From the IMG/VR virus record IMGVR_UViG_3300045972_000146, positions 1 to 64,000 of that record: a stretch of 64,000 nt of DNA; one strand, 5' to 3'. Shown in pieces: positions 29,072 through 39,072 of this stretch. Positions within the stretch are counted from its first letter, which is position 1. Each line of letters starts with the position of its first letter. The notes under the pieces were generated by a model. It was not told the DNA's origin and did not search any database. It saw nothing but the letters and a program-made list of their open reading frames with translations. Source of the stretch: a virus. Both the position numbers and the translations under genes were made by a program.

Positions 29072-29497
29072 ATGAAAAAGTTATATGGACTGCTTTTTGC
29101 AGTTTTCTTCGTAATCGGATACGTATGTGTCCAAACAAAGCCAGCAATCTTGGAAGAGAGCGCTGTTGACCTGGCAGCTAGTCTGCATTTAATTGAAGTT
29201 AACGTATCTAATACTACTATGAGTTATCAAAATAGCTTTCGAGAAGACATTAAGTATGTCTTTCCGCAAGAAGATGATTACACATATCCTGGAGGAACAT
29301 TGAGTTCAATCGTTGTTATCGCTAAAGATAAGTCAAAACGAAATTCACAAGCAATCGCTATCGTAAGATGGCAAGTAGATAACTATAAGAGAAAGTGGCA
29401 AGGATTGGAACCCTTGCTTCGAGATCCGGTGTACATAATTGAGACTCCGATCGAGATAGAAGAACCATTATTTCTGAAAGGAATTTACAAAACGTAG
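29072..29497 (+). CDS. Membrane-anchored hypothetical protein
   Basis: N-terminal signal or TM helix. Confidence 0.65.
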   Translation: MKKLYGLLFAVFFVIGYVCVQTKPAILEESAVDLAASLHLIEVNVSNTTMSYQNSFREDIKYVFPQEDDYTYPGGTLSSIVVIAKDKSKRNSQAIAIVRWQVDNYKRKWQGLEPLLRDPVYIIETPIEIEEPLFLKGIYKT

Positions 29498-29504
29498 AAA
29501 TGAT

Positions 29505-29939
29505 ATGGAAAATAAACTAAAGAAAGCAATTGCAATATCAGCAAAGGTTAGAAAGCTTATAAAAGCTAAAGTGCAAATAGCGGAAATAATTAGTGACCTG
29601 AGTCCCATTGAGGCAGTCATATCTCCGAGTCTAATAACGGCACAAAACGATCTCTTATATGAGATTCTTATGTTAAAACGTATTATTTTTACAATAGTGA
29701 GTGGATTGCCTGGTTATGACGTAAGTCGACACCTGGTAGTTGATTACTTTTCTGAAGCAGATTTAAAGACTGGATATATAGACCTGGCTATAGCGGATAT
29801 AGACACAGACTATTTAGACCTGTCTACTGGGGACATTTTGCCACCAGATAAAGTTCCTTATGAAATGAGAAATCTTTCTGATTTTTCCATAAGTGAGGAA
29901 GTTGCAGTCGGGGATACAGCAACTGAAAGCAAACGATAG
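29505..29939 (+). CDS. Hypothetical protein
   Basis: 144-aa ORF directly before the long non-coding region. Confidence 0.65.
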   Translation: MENKLKKAIAISAKVRKLIKAKVQIAEIISDLSPIEAVISPSLITAQNDLLYEILMLKRIIFTIVSGLPGYDVSRHLVVDYFSEADLKTGYIDLAIADIDTDYLDLSTGDILPPDKVPYEMRNLSDFSISEEVAVGDTATESKR

Positions 29940-29979
29940 TATCCAAAACCATTTCAGAGTTTATCAACATGTAAAACAA

Positions 29980-31760
29980 TTAACGTCTAAGTTAGGACCT
30001 ATTAATATGCACACACAGGCAGTGTGGTGTTAGGGATAAACTTGCCTATTAGACAATAGTATGCGCTATTAAAAAAGCAAGTCCCATGTGATGGAATTTA
30101 AAGTCACTACAAAAAAGAGTGCGGGGTTGAACTCCTAGCAACAGCCTATGCATTGTAGGAGGGTCTTTAACTGCGTTTGTAACGTACATAGTTAGAGTAG
30201 GTATAACGGCGACCAAACAAGACACGTTATTAAAAATGGTACAGCTTTGGAACTGTATCGACTGTTGAACAAGGGTAACTGCACGAACAAAACCACTTAC
30301 AGGTAACTCTGTATAATAGTACTGCGTAGGTTATCGATCAATTAATTATTAATAATATAAACCGGCTAGAAATGCGCGGGGTGGAAATCCAATAATTAAT
30401 TCAAGCTATAGATTACACTTTGAGGGTTAAAGACCCTATGGCCCATGGACCAGTGAAATAGCGACCTGTCAAGTTATTAAGTTTGAGACAGATAAAAAAT
30501 ACACAAACTAGCCTTACTAATTCACTGGCTACAATAAAGTGGAGAATTAGCCCTAGTATGCTTTCAAGGTTAATCGAAAGTGGGAGGTGCATGTGCTGGT
30601 ACGCATGACAAGAGCTTCAAGGCGAAAGCCGAAAACCGGGCACGCACGGTATAATGCAAACCGAAACCTAATTTACGCTGTTTCATAATTTTCAGCCGTA
30701 TTGAAAAAGATTAATCCCCTGGGGTAGGGGCGAAGTTTATCCTGCCAGACAAAAAGAACGCCACGTCTTTAGTCAAATTTCACGAACGTATGGGAAAGCC
30801 GTTCACCCAAATTGCATATTAGTAGGCTCTTCCCTGTCTCGGAAATAGCCGAAGGAAGTCGAAGACTATTCAATCCGTGCGACAGAAGCTCCTGTATACA
30901 ACTAGTGGAAGGGTCAAACACTTAAAAACCATATTTAAGGTGGTCGAAAGCTATCACATTTCTAAGCGACTAAAAAGCATAGAAAGATCGATAATTAGTA
31001 CACTCCCTATCTGAAGTCTAGAACCCTGGGAGCATTCTACCCAGATAAAGGTCAAAAGCAAGCCGGGAACTTCATGCTGTAACAGGACGGAGCCACCGTC
31101 AGATGTAGCGGAGACGGTACATTCTTGCCTGGACGATAGACGTAGTCACTAGATAGGATAAAATGCGTTATTTTTCTCAGACAATTTCAAGACTGCGCGG
31201 ACTTCAAGGGCCGCTACAATATAGATCTTCAGAACACCGTTTATAAACCGTTGGCCTCATTTGCCAATATGAATCGACAAGGAATTGATACAAGGGTCGC
31301 AGCAAAACAACCATAGTTCTTTATTGCTTTCTTCAACAAGTAAAGTATGCCTTAAATACATTGATATTATTATATAATTATCTATCGCGTGTCAATACGT
31401 AGATAAACCTTTCAAGCCTAGCACTTGGGGATGGAGTATGAGCCTAATTAATATAATGTAATTGTTCGAGAGACCGAAAATTGCTACAAATATCATAATT
31501 TATAAAACCCATTTTAAGCCGTTCTAAGGCATTATAAGTCAGCGTTGATACGAAAGTACTATTGTGAAAAGATAGTGGCATAGCGGAGCTGTAAATGCGT
31601 ATAAAGGGCACAATTCCTAACTAATAGTTGCAGTGGGCGCAAAACCCATAGGTTAATCGTAAATTAGCTACTTTCAAACCACAATCCCAACCCCTCTTCT
31701 AGTACCTAGCGGAAAAAAGAGCAGCGAGTGCGATCGCGGGATTATTTTCAAATTTTATCC
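29980..31760 (+). ncRNA. Putative giant structured ncRNA B (0.85-kb closed core, up to ~1.8 kb)
   Basis: 1.95 kb with no ORF of 60 aa or more in any frame; nested long-range helices of 14, 10, 12 and 8 bp plus a crossing 9-bp helix; GNRA and T-loop-like hairpins. Confidence 0.7.
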
Positions 31761-31885
31761 GAAGAATTCTCATAAATGTTAAATTGGACAGTTAAACGGG
31801 CTACGGCAGAACATTCCAATCAAGTAGGAACTTTCAGTGATTATCAAAAACAACATTATTTATCAAAAATAGGAGGAAACAAACA

Positions 31886-32368
31886 GTGAAAAATTCAAAA
31901 GAAGAAGCCCTACGGCTTTTCGGAGCGACCCTAGGAGGTCATATCCACTCAATCAAAGTTATACCAATGGATAAAGACGCAAAATCGAAAGATGATGCAT
32001 TCCAGGTAAAAGTACCATTCCAATCATACGTAGTTGATCACGTAAAAGTGAACACAGTAGCACACAAACAGGTGTCAGGTGGTATCGATATCGTCCTTAT
32101 CAACGGTGGCGAAAAAGAAATTAAAATCGGTTTAAACGAGCCATTGATTAACAATGCTTCGGAAATCGTTAACGGGTCCGACGTTATTGAAAAACGGACA
32201 TTTTTTGGTGACGCAACAACACCGGCCGAAATCGTAAAAGCAATGAATTTATCAGAAGTGGCACGCATTGATACGATTATGGAAGAACTTGCCGCAACAC
32301 GGGAAGCTCTTATCGGTATCGTTGAAGCAACCGACCGTGCTGCAAAATCTTACGACGGCTTAGATTAA
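31886..32368 (+). CDS. Hypothetical protein (AGGAGG-led, GTG start)
   Basis: 160-aa ORF preceded by TAGGAGGAAACAAACA. Confidence 0.75.
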   Translation: MKNSKEEALRLFGATLGGHIHSIKVIPMDKDAKSKDDAFQVKVPFQSYVVDHVKVNTVAHKQVSGGIDIVLINGGEKEIKIGLNEPLINNASEIVNGSDVIEKRTFFGDATTPAEIVKAMNLSEVARIDTIMEELAATREALIGIVEATDRAAKSYDGLD

Positions 32369-32396
32369 TTCTATGCCCTAGGAAAGGAGGCGCAAC

Positions 32397-32930
32397 ATGA
32401 ACGAAGAAGAACTTATTATCGTATTAGACGATTACGACAAAAATCATTTCGCGGAATTAATTGATATTTACTTAGAACCTAAAAGTCGCTTTCGCATTAA
32501 AAATGATGGAACCGTAATCTTCGAAAAACATGGACCATTCATTGATTGGTTCGTTCGTTCAGAAAATCAAGTCGATTTCTTAAATTGCTTCCAAGCAATA
32601 GTTAAAGTAATGCTCGACGACAAAGTTAAAGGAAGTATACCATACATCCAGTCGCTTTGTGGCGAAGCTATGGGTGAATTGATGGCTACTAATAATAGAA
32701 AACAAGCTGTAACTAGCTTGCTATTAGCTCACCTTAATGACTCGCAACCGAATTTCAACCCAGGACGATCTCGTAACAGAGAACTAATGGATGACATTCA
32801 AATTGTCGAACAAAGCAGACGGCGCAAAGGACCAGTTAAAGTGTATTTTGGAGGCGGTGGAGACATGGCCAACTTAGCAGACTTTATTAATGAACGTAAA
32901 GCTTTGGTTATCTTCGGAAACGGAGAATAA
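32397..32930 (+). CDS. Hypothetical protein (AGGAGG-led)
   Basis: 177-aa ORF preceded by AAAGGAGGCGCAAC. Confidence 0.75.
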   Translation: MNEEELIIVLDDYDKNHFAELIDIYLEPKSRFRIKNDGTVIFEKHGPFIDWFVRSENQVDFLNCFQAIVKVMLDDKVKGSIPYIQSLCGEAMGELMATNNRKQAVTSLLLAHLNDSQPNFNPGRSRNRELMDDIQIVEQSRRRKGPVKVYFGGGGDMANLADFINERKALVIFGNGE

Positions 32931-33203
32931 CAAAACAAAATTTAAAAAGATATAAGTTGGGTAACTCCGTAATACAAATATCTGCATATGTAGGGTAACT
33001 CCGTTATTGCATAAGTAGTGCTGATTTGTGACTTAAATTAATTTATATAACCCCATACTAGAAAGCCTCTGTATTTACTATAGAGGCTTTCTTAGAGGGA
33101 TTATAATGCATAAAGAGAGGAATCTCAATATGATACGACGGGGAAAAGTATCAGGCTGAATAGTTATCATAAAGTCAAACCATTAAAAATCAATTTTATA
33201 TAT

Positions 33204-33632
33204 ATGAAAACAGCAAAAGAACTTATCCAAACCCGCGAATCTCTGATCAACAATATTAAAAAGAATTGGGATCGTATTCGCATTGAAAATGTGGTAGAAG
33301 CCGGACAAACACGTAATTATAATGTACAGGCTTTGTACAAATCAATTATTAATGACTCATTGGCTCTTGTCGAAGCAAAGTTAGATATTCAATTAGTGAA
33401 TATTGGATTTAAAAAACGAGAAGAAATGCCAGCAAGTTGCATTTATCCGCAAATCTACTCATTACAACAATTAAAAGAACAGAAAACGAAACTTAATCTT
33501 ATTCCAACAAAAGGAGCAGCGGTTCTAACAGCCTCATTTGTAGAAGAAGAAACTAAGGTTCTGGATTCACAGATTCTTGCACTTGAAAGCCACCTTGAAA
33601 ACCACAATAATTCGTGGGAAATCGCGGCATAA
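33204..33632 (+). CDS. Hypothetical helical protein
   Basis: 142 aa, ends EIAA. Confidence 0.7.
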   Translation: MKTAKELIQTRESLINNIKKNWDRIRIENVVEAGQTRNYNVQALYKSIINDSLALVEAKLDIQLVNIGFKKREEMPASCIYPQIYSLQQLKEQKTKLNLIPTKGAAVLTASFVEEETKVLDSQILALESHLENHNNSWEIAA

Positions 33633-33839
33633 AAACAAAACAGAAGTAACGGTGATATGTTAATCAGTGACAGAAATGATTAATAATTGGGTTCAATCCC
33701 CATACTTTAACAAATGGCAATAGCGTACCAGTTAACTAAGTACGTTTTGCAAAACAGCAGAATAAAGTTTTTTGTCGGGTTTTTAAACTGCTACCATGTA
33801 CATGGTCTAAAACCCTATCATTATTTTAAAACAATTCAA

Positions 33840-34325
33840 ATGAGACCAATCGAAAGAATTGACAATTTCTTGAAATTAGTAGATTGGAATTGGCTTCTAT
33901 ATGAAAAATGGAAAATAGATAAGGAAGACTTAGTAGCAAAGAAAATTTGCTATATGACAAATCCTACTCTACCTGAAGTTTGGAAACAAAACCCAGACCA
34001 GCGAATAGGACAGTTGCTTATTAATTTAGGTTTAATTGACGATTCATTGGAAAGATGGGTGATAGAAGACTCAACAATTTTAATTGACCAAGGAATAGAA
34101 CCAGAAGAAGTATTATATTGGACGTCTATGTATAATGAAAACTCAGAAATATTAGAAACGCCGATTACACGAAAAGTAAGTACTTTAACTGAAGAGCATA
34201 TTATTAGAATACTGGCCTTTATGGTCGAACATGGTGGCAGAATATCGCCAGATATGCAAAAAGCATTCGATAATATGTTATTAAAATACAAAGATGTGCC
34301 AGAGGAATTGCCAATGGCTGCATAA
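33840..34325 (+). CDS. Hypothetical protein
   Basis: MRPIERIDNFL...W...PDQRIGQLL; start reassigned to 33840. Confidence 0.7.
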   Translation: MRPIERIDNFLKLVDWNWLLYEKWKIDKEDLVAKKICYMTNPTLPEVWKQNPDQRIGQLLINLGLIDDSLERWVIEDSTILIDQGIEPEEVLYWTSMYNENSEILETPITRKVSTLTEEHIIRILAFMVEHGGRISPDMQKAFDNMLLKYKDVPEELPMAA

Positions 34326-34379
34326 TACAAATCATTTCAGATGCTATCAGAGCAATAATTTAACTTTAAAGTAAAAGAA

Positions 34380-34946
34380 ATGCTGATAGAACTAGATTTG
34401 GACGAGGCTAAACGTCTCAAAATAACGACAAATCAGTTTCTGCTAGTAAAATTCATTGTAGATGGAATAAATTTTGATGCATACCAAAGCACACTATCTA
34501 TAACCAATTCAGATATAGAGAATTTAATTAGTAAAAATATATTAACAATTGAATCTAAGTATGATGAATCAGACCTAACAAGTCTATTTGTTACTCAGGA
34601 ATTTATTGACAAGTTCAAAGCAAGGAACTTTTTTGATGAATTTTTCGATACTTATCCAATTTCCGCAACCCGTCCAGACGGAACTAAGGATTACCTACGA
34701 GGTGACATTAGTAGATGTAGGAAGACCTATGATAAAATTGTGGGAAAAAGTAAAAGTAAACATGAACATATTTTAGAGTGCTTAAAATTCGAAGTCTCAA
34801 CTAGAAGGAAAAGTGGCTCAATGTCATATATGAAAAGAATGTCAAAATGGCTATTTGCAGAAGAATGGTTATTATACGACGAATTTTTGAAAGACAAGAA
34901 AGTTCAAAATACGGCAGAAAAGATATATGGAACAGAAATCGACTAA
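34380..34946 (+). CDS. Putative replication initiator or helicase loader
   Basis: FDEFFDTYP...YLR...YMKRMSKWL...W pattern; overlaps the helicase start. Confidence 0.55.
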   Translation: MLIELDLDEAKRLKITTNQFLLVKFIVDGINFDAYQSTLSITNSDIENLISKNILTIESKYDESDLTSLFVTQEFIDKFKARNFFDEFFDTYPISATRPDGTKDYLRGDISRCRKTYDKIVGKSKSKHEHILECLKFEVSTRRKSGSMSYMKRMSKWLFAEEWLLYDEFLKDKKVQNTAEKIYGTEID

Positions 34947-35913
34947 AGTCCTTAACTATAAACATATTTCTTCTGCCACTAACGAAATTGTTAGATATAT
35001 CAAAGACAGACGAGAAAACAAAGTACGCTCATTGAAAACGAGATGGTCTAAGTTTAATCGACTAGCAATGGGGGGAGTAGAGCCAAACAGTATTTATGCA
35101 ATAGCAGGAATATCTGGCTCGGGAAAGTCCTCTTTTGTTAATACTCTTGAAACTGATTTAATTGATTTAAATCCAGACGAAAAGATTGTAATGCTATCTT
35201 TCAGTTTTGAAATGCTTTCCTCTAGACAAGTGGGTAGGAAACTCTCCTACAAATTAAGAAAGACCACGTCTGAATTATATTCGGCCTCCGACAAGGGCCT
35301 AATCACTGAGGCGGACTTTGAAGGAGTTGAAAAAACAGCAAAACAAATTACAGACTATCCGATTTACTATGTAGATTCAGCTGGTACTGTACAGGAAATA
35401 GAGAATACAATCAAATTCTTTCAGAATACTATTGCCAAAGATAAATGGCTTGTAGTAACAATCGACCATACGCTATTAATACGCGGAAACTCAGGCGAGT
35501 CTGAAAGAGGAATTATTGTGGATTTAGAAAAAATGCTTATCGAAGCAAAGAAAATTGGCAAGACTTCGATAATACAAATCTCTCAAATGAATAGGAATTT
35601 GGAATCACCCGAGAGGCTGAACAATTCCGCCTTACATTACCCGCAACGAAGCGATTTATCGTCAAGTGATGCAGTATTCCAAGGAAGCGATTACGTAATA
35701 GTTATACACAGGCCTGAATTACTCGGCATATTGTCCTACGGGACATATAACCTCCCCGTCAAGGATTACGTATATATGCATTTTCTAAAGAACCGTGAGG
35801 GTGAATTAAGAATATTGAAATTTATCAATGATCTTAAATTCAATAATTTGAAAGAACCTGATGAAGATCAGGAAAAAGCCAAAGAACAACAACAATTCTT
35901 AGAATTAAAATAA
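34927..35913 (+). CDS. dnaB: DnaB-like replicative helicase (C-terminal ATPase domain only)
   Basis: GISGSGKS, FSFEM, IDH, ISQMNR, P..SDL, KNREG. Confidence 0.92.
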   Translation: MEQKSTKVLNYKHISSATNEIVRYIKDRRENKVRSLKTRWSKFNRLAMGGVEPNSIYAIAGISGSGKSSFVNTLETDLIDLNPDEKIVMLSFSFEMLSSRQVGRKLSYKLRKTTSELYSASDKGLITEADFEGVEKTAKQITDYPIYYVDSAGTVQEIENTIKFFQNTIAKDKWLVVTIDHTLLIRGNSGESERGIIVDLEKMLIEAKKIGKTSIIQISQMNRNLESPERLNNSALHYPQRSDLSSSDAVFQGSDYVIVIHRPELLGILSYGTYNLPVKDYVYMHFLKNREGELRILKFINDLKFNNLKEPDEDQEKAKEQQQFLELK

Positions 35914-35914
35914 A

Positions 35915-36505
35915 ATGACTTATAATAAAAATTATAATAATAAGTTTGCGGTAAAATTACCAAGTGCAAATGTAGATCCATACGGTTACTATAAAAAAGC
36001 TATTATCGACAAATTGATCGACAAATATCCTTATTTAACAATGGCCGGTTTAGATGCACCATTCTATACTCCGTCTGGGAAACCAATTCGTAGCGTTGAA
36101 TATGCCTCTGCAGGAGATGCAATTACATTCGGAACTGCCAAATCACATGATGTTAATTGGGTGAAAAATACCAATTTCATGAACGGCGTTGTTCCTACTT
36201 ATGATATCCAAAAAGATTGGACAGAAGTAATGAGCAATATCGATGCTTTCGCAAAAGCACGCAAACCAAAACAATCATATAATCCATATACAGTACATTC
36301 TTCTTATTGTAATTGCAGTTCTTGTAATTCTAGTGAGAACTACTTCTATGTGGGCGGAAAATTAGTTGAAGTCTATGATGATTTTATCAAAGTAGGTTTA
36401 ACTATTATTCCTCGTTATACAAAACCAGCAACGTTCAAGTATTACTCAGTTTATGAGTTGGAAACAATTCATACAATTATAATTACAGTTCGTTCTTTGT
36501 TCTAA
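35915..36505 (+). CDS. Hypothetical protein with Cys cluster
   Basis: 196 aa, containing CNCSSC. Confidence 0.7.
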   Translation: MTYNKNYNNKFAVKLPSANVDPYGYYKKAIIDKLIDKYPYLTMAGLDAPFYTPSGKPIRSVEYASAGDAITFGTAKSHDVNWVKNTNFMNGVVPTYDIQKDWTEVMSNIDAFAKARKPKQSYNPYTVHSSYCNCSSCNSSENYFYVGGKLVEVYDDFIKVGLTIIPRYTKPATFKYYSVYELETIHTIIITVRSLF

Positions 36506-36597
36506 TAACAATAGAACATGAAAGTTTCAGATCATACCATATCATATCAAATTCTACCAGAGACATAAATGCTTTCGTGTTATAAAAAACACTTTAT

Positions 36598-37347
36598 ATG
36601 AGCATACAATTGCCTACCATTAAAAGTGTACCAAAAGCCCTCAATCCAAGATTTTTAATCTTGTTTGGGAAGCCTAAGGTCGGTAAAACAACGCTGTTAT
36701 CCACATTGGATAATTGCCTAATTGTCGACCTTGAAGGAGGCTCTGAATTCCTCGAAGCAATGGCTGTTCAAGCCAGAAGTGTATCGGATTTAGGAGAGAT
36801 TGCAAATGCGATTAAACTCAAAACAAATGAAAGCGGCCAAAAGCCTTATAAATATATTGCAATAGATAATGCTACCAGACTAGAAGACATGTGTCTTCCT
36901 TATGCGGCTAGTCTATATAGAAAGAATCCTATAGCAAAGAACTGGACTGGAACTGACGTGAGAACGTTGGATAAAGGTGCAGGTTATCTTTACTTAAGGG
37001 AAGCTGTCAAAACAGTCATTGATCAATTTCGTGGACTAACAGATAATTTTATTCTGATAGGGCATACAAAAGACACAATGATTACTAAAGACGGCGAAGA
37101 ACTTTCCGAAATGGCAATAGATTTAGTAGGAAAATTGGGCGACATAGTTTGCGGAGAGGCAGATGCAGTTGGCTACGTATACAGAAAAACAAACGAAACA
37201 ATAGTATCTTTTGAGGGCGGATTAAATTCCGTAAGAGAGGCGAGAGCTCCTCACTTAAGAGGTAAAAAAGTAGTTATTGCTGACTCCGACAAGGATAATG
37301 CTATTACTACCTATTGGGATAGAATTTACTTACCAGAAAATTATTAA
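36598..37347 (+). CDS. AAA ATPase, Sak4-like recombination protein
   Basis: FGKPKVGKTT, VDLEGG, IAID, LIGH; adjacent to SSB. Confidence 0.8.
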   Translation: MSIQLPTIKSVPKALNPRFLILFGKPKVGKTTLLSTLDNCLIVDLEGGSEFLEAMAVQARSVSDLGEIANAIKLKTNESGQKPYKYIAIDNATRLEDMCLPYAASLYRKNPIAKNWTGTDVRTLDKGAGYLYLREAVKTVIDQFRGLTDNFILIGHTKDTMITKDGEELSEMAIDLVGKLGDIVCGEADAVGYVYRKTNETIVSFEGGLNSVREARAPHLRGKKVVIADSDKDNAITTYWDRIYLPENY

Positions 37348-37350
37348 GAT

Positions 37351-37950
37351 ATGATATTTAATACAAATAGTGCTTTCAACGTAGAGAAGAAAGATGTTTC
37401 ATTTTTAGGCGCCGGTATACATGAGAATGTAGAATTCGCTGGAATCAGAAACGAAAAGTCAACAAATGGAAATATGTTTATTGAGTTTAAGTTTATTAAA
37501 GACGGAGCCACATTGACTCAGACTGAATATGAACCAACAAAATTCAATGATCAGACAGATGCTGAATTTGAAGATAAGGCTAACAAACAAGTAGCCAGAA
37601 TATTACAAATAATGAGCCCTTGGTATACAAAAGAACAGTTAAGCAATTTTACTGCTGACTCTTTTGCTGTATTTGCTAAATGGGTTACTGATTTAATGAG
37701 TGCGGCCGACAAATCCATACTAGTTAGATTAAAAGTTGTTTATGGTCAAAACGGTTATACGTCTTTACCTAAATATTCTGTATATACTTTCATTGAACCA
37801 ATGTCTGTGGAAAAAAGTAAAATAGCCGAACTTAAAATCGACCAATTTACTCGCCCAGTTATAGGTGATAAAGAAGAGCATGCTAAATCGTCAGCTGATG
37901 TATTTGCCCCTAAGGCAGAGCCAGTTGTTAACAACGATCTTCCGTTCTAA
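37351..37950 (+). CDS. Single-stranded DNA-binding protein
   Basis: C-terminal tail NNDLPF; lies between the ATPase and the primase. Confidence 0.7.
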   Translation: MIFNTNSAFNVEKKDVSFLGAGIHENVEFAGIRNEKSTNGNMFIEFKFIKDGATLTQTEYEPTKFNDQTDAEFEDKANKQVARILQIMSPWYTKEQLSNFTADSFAVFAKWVTDLMSAADKSILVRLKVVYGQNGYTSLPKYSVYTFIEPMSVEKSKIAELKIDQFTRPVIGDKEEHAKSSADVFAPKAEPVVNNDLPF

Positions 37951-37963
37951 TAGTTGACAAAGT

Positions 37964-38941
37964 ATGAACTATAATACTGGTAACATACTAAATTCTAAAA
38001 GCAAGCATATTGGAAAAGAAGATATATTGAGCAAAACAACGGAGTATTCCATTTTTGCAAAATACATTGGAAATTTCAAGATTGGTCATATTTACAATAG
38101 TCCATTGAGAGAGGATAAATCCCCTTCCTTTGGAGTGTTTGTAAGCCATAAAACTGGTTCTTTGTTATACAAGGATATGGCCAGTGGAGATTGTGGAGAT
38201 GTTTTTAATTTTGTAAAGAAATACAAAAATCTATCAACATACAACGAGACATTTAAGCAGATAAGAGAAGACATGTCAATTGACTCAATTGTTGGGTCAG
38301 ATATAAAAGCGAATAGACGCTACGAGGTTAGAGAAAGCCATATCTCTGTGGTCAGAAAGCCATTTACACAAGTAGATAAGGATTTTTGGGGACAGTTCAA
38401 GATTACACAAGACACATTGAAATTATACAAGGTAGACCCTATACAAAAATACCTTATCAATGGACTAGTGAAGTCTAAATATGAAAACGATAACCCCATG
38501 TATTGTTACAAAGTATTCAACAGATTTAAGATTTACAAACCCTATGAAACCAAGCTACACAAATGGCGTGGTAACCTTAGTGCATTAGACATATTTGGAT
38601 TTGAGCAATTGCCCGAATCTGGAGACTTATTAATTATTACTAAGTCTTTAAAAGATGTCATGGTATTAAAGGAATTGGGATATGACGCCGTAGCTCCTTC
38701 GAGTGAAAGTACAATCATACCTGATGTCGTCATAGAGAATTTAAAAGCTAAATTCAAAAAAATCGTTATATTCTATGATAGAGATAAAACAGGAATGACG
38801 TTTGCAAGGCAATTGTCAAGCAAGCATAAATTCAATGCTATTTTTATCAACAAAAAATATAAAACCAAAGACATTAGTGATCTCGTGAAGAAAGCAGGAT
38901 ATGTGAAAACATTAACTATTTTTGAGCAGATGATTAATTAA
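37964..38941 (+). CDS. DNA primase (TOPRIM)
   Basis: SPLREDKSPSF, GDCGD, ITKSLKDVM, FYDRDKTG, KDISD. Confidence 0.9.
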   Translation: MNYNTGNILNSKSKHIGKEDILSKTTEYSIFAKYIGNFKIGHIYNSPLREDKSPSFGVFVSHKTGSLLYKDMASGDCGDVFNFVKKYKNLSTYNETFKQIREDMSIDSIVGSDIKANRRYEVRESHISVVRKPFTQVDKDFWGQFKITQDTLKLYKVDPIQKYLINGLVKSKYENDNPMYCYKVFNRFKIYKPYETKLHKWRGNLSALDIFGFEQLPESGDLLIITKSLKDVMVLKELGYDAVAPSSESTIIPDVVIENLKAKFKKIVIFYDRDKTGMTFARQLSSKHKFNAIFINKKYKTKDISDLVKKAGYVKTLTIFEQMIN

Positions 38942-39072
38942 AAACCAAAGGGCATAACCCTGAGGTTCGTACCGGGGTGTCCCCGATGCGATGGGAGCGA
39001 TACCCATATGCCCGACTAGATAGGGGCAAGAGAAAATAAGTATTATTATTAACTAACTACAAATTATATCAA

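Noticed and set aside
30855-31150. Group I intron core (GAAGACTA 30861 / GTAGTC 31142 as P7)
   Set aside because: The Q-like AATCCGTGC lies after rather than before the R-like element, no convincing P3/P4/P6 was found, and no interrupted gene is evident. Not fully excluded without a CM search.
29940-31885. Coding region under stop-codon reassignment (TAG or TGA), as in some crAss-like phages
   Set aside because: The 4533-aa and 2012-aa genes read through in the standard code, TAG and TGA end neighbouring genes, no suppressor tRNA was seen, and TAA is frequent in the gap.
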